A DNA stretch of 64,000 nt. It comes from Camelus ferus. Its lineage: Eukaryota. This document shows, piece after piece, positions 63,260 through 64,000 of this stretch; positions within the stretch are counted from its first letter, which is position 1; every line of letters starts with the position of its first letter. The notes beneath the pieces are model-generated. The model did not search any database. It saw only the letters and a list, made by a program, of their open reading frames with translations, and was not told the origin of the DNA. Made by a program: the position numbers and the translations under genes. The stretch covers positions 29,018,001-29,082,000 of the forward strand of contig NC_045697.1 in the NCBI RefSeq assembly GCF_009834535.1. The letters are read 5' to 3'.

Positions 63260-63875
63260 TCATTATAGATTATTACAAGCTACTGAATATAGCTCCCTGT
63301 GCTATACAGTAGGAGCTTGTTTGTCTGTTTTGTATATGTAAGTTTGTATCTGCTAATCCCAAACTCCTCATTTATCCCTCCCCCTGCCTACCTTCCCCTT
63401 TGGTAACCATAATTCTGTTTTCTGTGTCTGTGAGTCTCTTTCTGTTTTGTAAATAAGTTCATTTGTGTCGTTTTTTAGATTCCATATAAGTGATATCATA
63501 TGGTATTTGTCTTTGTCTAACTTACTTCACTTAGTACAATAATCTCTAGGTCCATCCATGTTGCGGAAAATAGCATTGTATCAGTCTTTTTTATGGCTGG
63601 AGTAGTATCCCACTGTGTCCAGATACACTACATCTTCTTTATCCATTTATCTGTCAATGGACATTTGGTTGCTTCCATGTCTTGGGTATTGTAAATAGTG
63701 ACTCTAGGAACACTGGGGTGCATGCATCTTTTCAAATTAGTTTTCTCCAGATATATGTCCCAGAGTGGGGTTCCTGGATCATAAGGTAACTCTAATTTTT
63801 TAAGGACTCTCTATACTGTTCTCCATAGTGGCTGCACCAATTTACCTTCCCACCAACAATGTAGGAGGGTTCCCT
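63104..63875 (-). mobile_element. 5'-truncated L1 3' end
   Basis: Poly-T then aattgaagtattgttgatttacaatg; TSD agagcctctgc at 63093-63103 and 63876-63886. Confidence 0.88.
63195..63254 (+). repeat. (TA)n microsatellite
   Basis: About 30 perfect TA units inside the L1 3'UTR. Confidence 0.97.
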
Positions 63876-64000
63876 AGAGCCTCTGCCCATGAGTACGCTC
63901 TACTATACCGGCTCATCATCAGACTTCGCCGCTGTGAAATCTGCTTGCTGATTTCCAGCCCTTCTGTTCAGTAATCTCCTGCTCCTCCCAAGCCTTCAGA

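Overview
This is mammalian genomic DNA, most likely camelid (inferred from tRNA-Ala-derived vic-1-like SINEs). It contains one complete protein-coding gene, CHRNA9 (nicotinic acetylcholine receptor alpha-9), on the + strand. The gene has five coding exons (22858-31763; 64+146+155+533+542 = 1440 nt, 479 aa plus stop), all with GT-AG junctions. The rest is intergenic or intronic DNA dense in retroelements (L1, L2, MIR, MaLR and ERV LTRs, tRNA-SINEs) and hAT DNA-transposon relics. I found no convincing new gene system. The most unusual signals are retrotransposition by-products: (1) a tRNA-SINE that appears to carry an ~80-nt 3' transduction inside its target-site duplication (TSD); (2) a polyadenylated retrocopy of the 3' end of 28S rRNA inside an L1 5'UTR; (3) a 1.7-kb doubly deleted L1 with both ends and TSDs intact; (4) three tail-only micro-insertions; (5) a solo LTR upstream of CHRNA9 that keeps a compact GC-box/RFX/CCAAT/CRE-like/TATA module. 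Repeat family names come from recalled consensus motifs, and most repeat boundaries are approximate.
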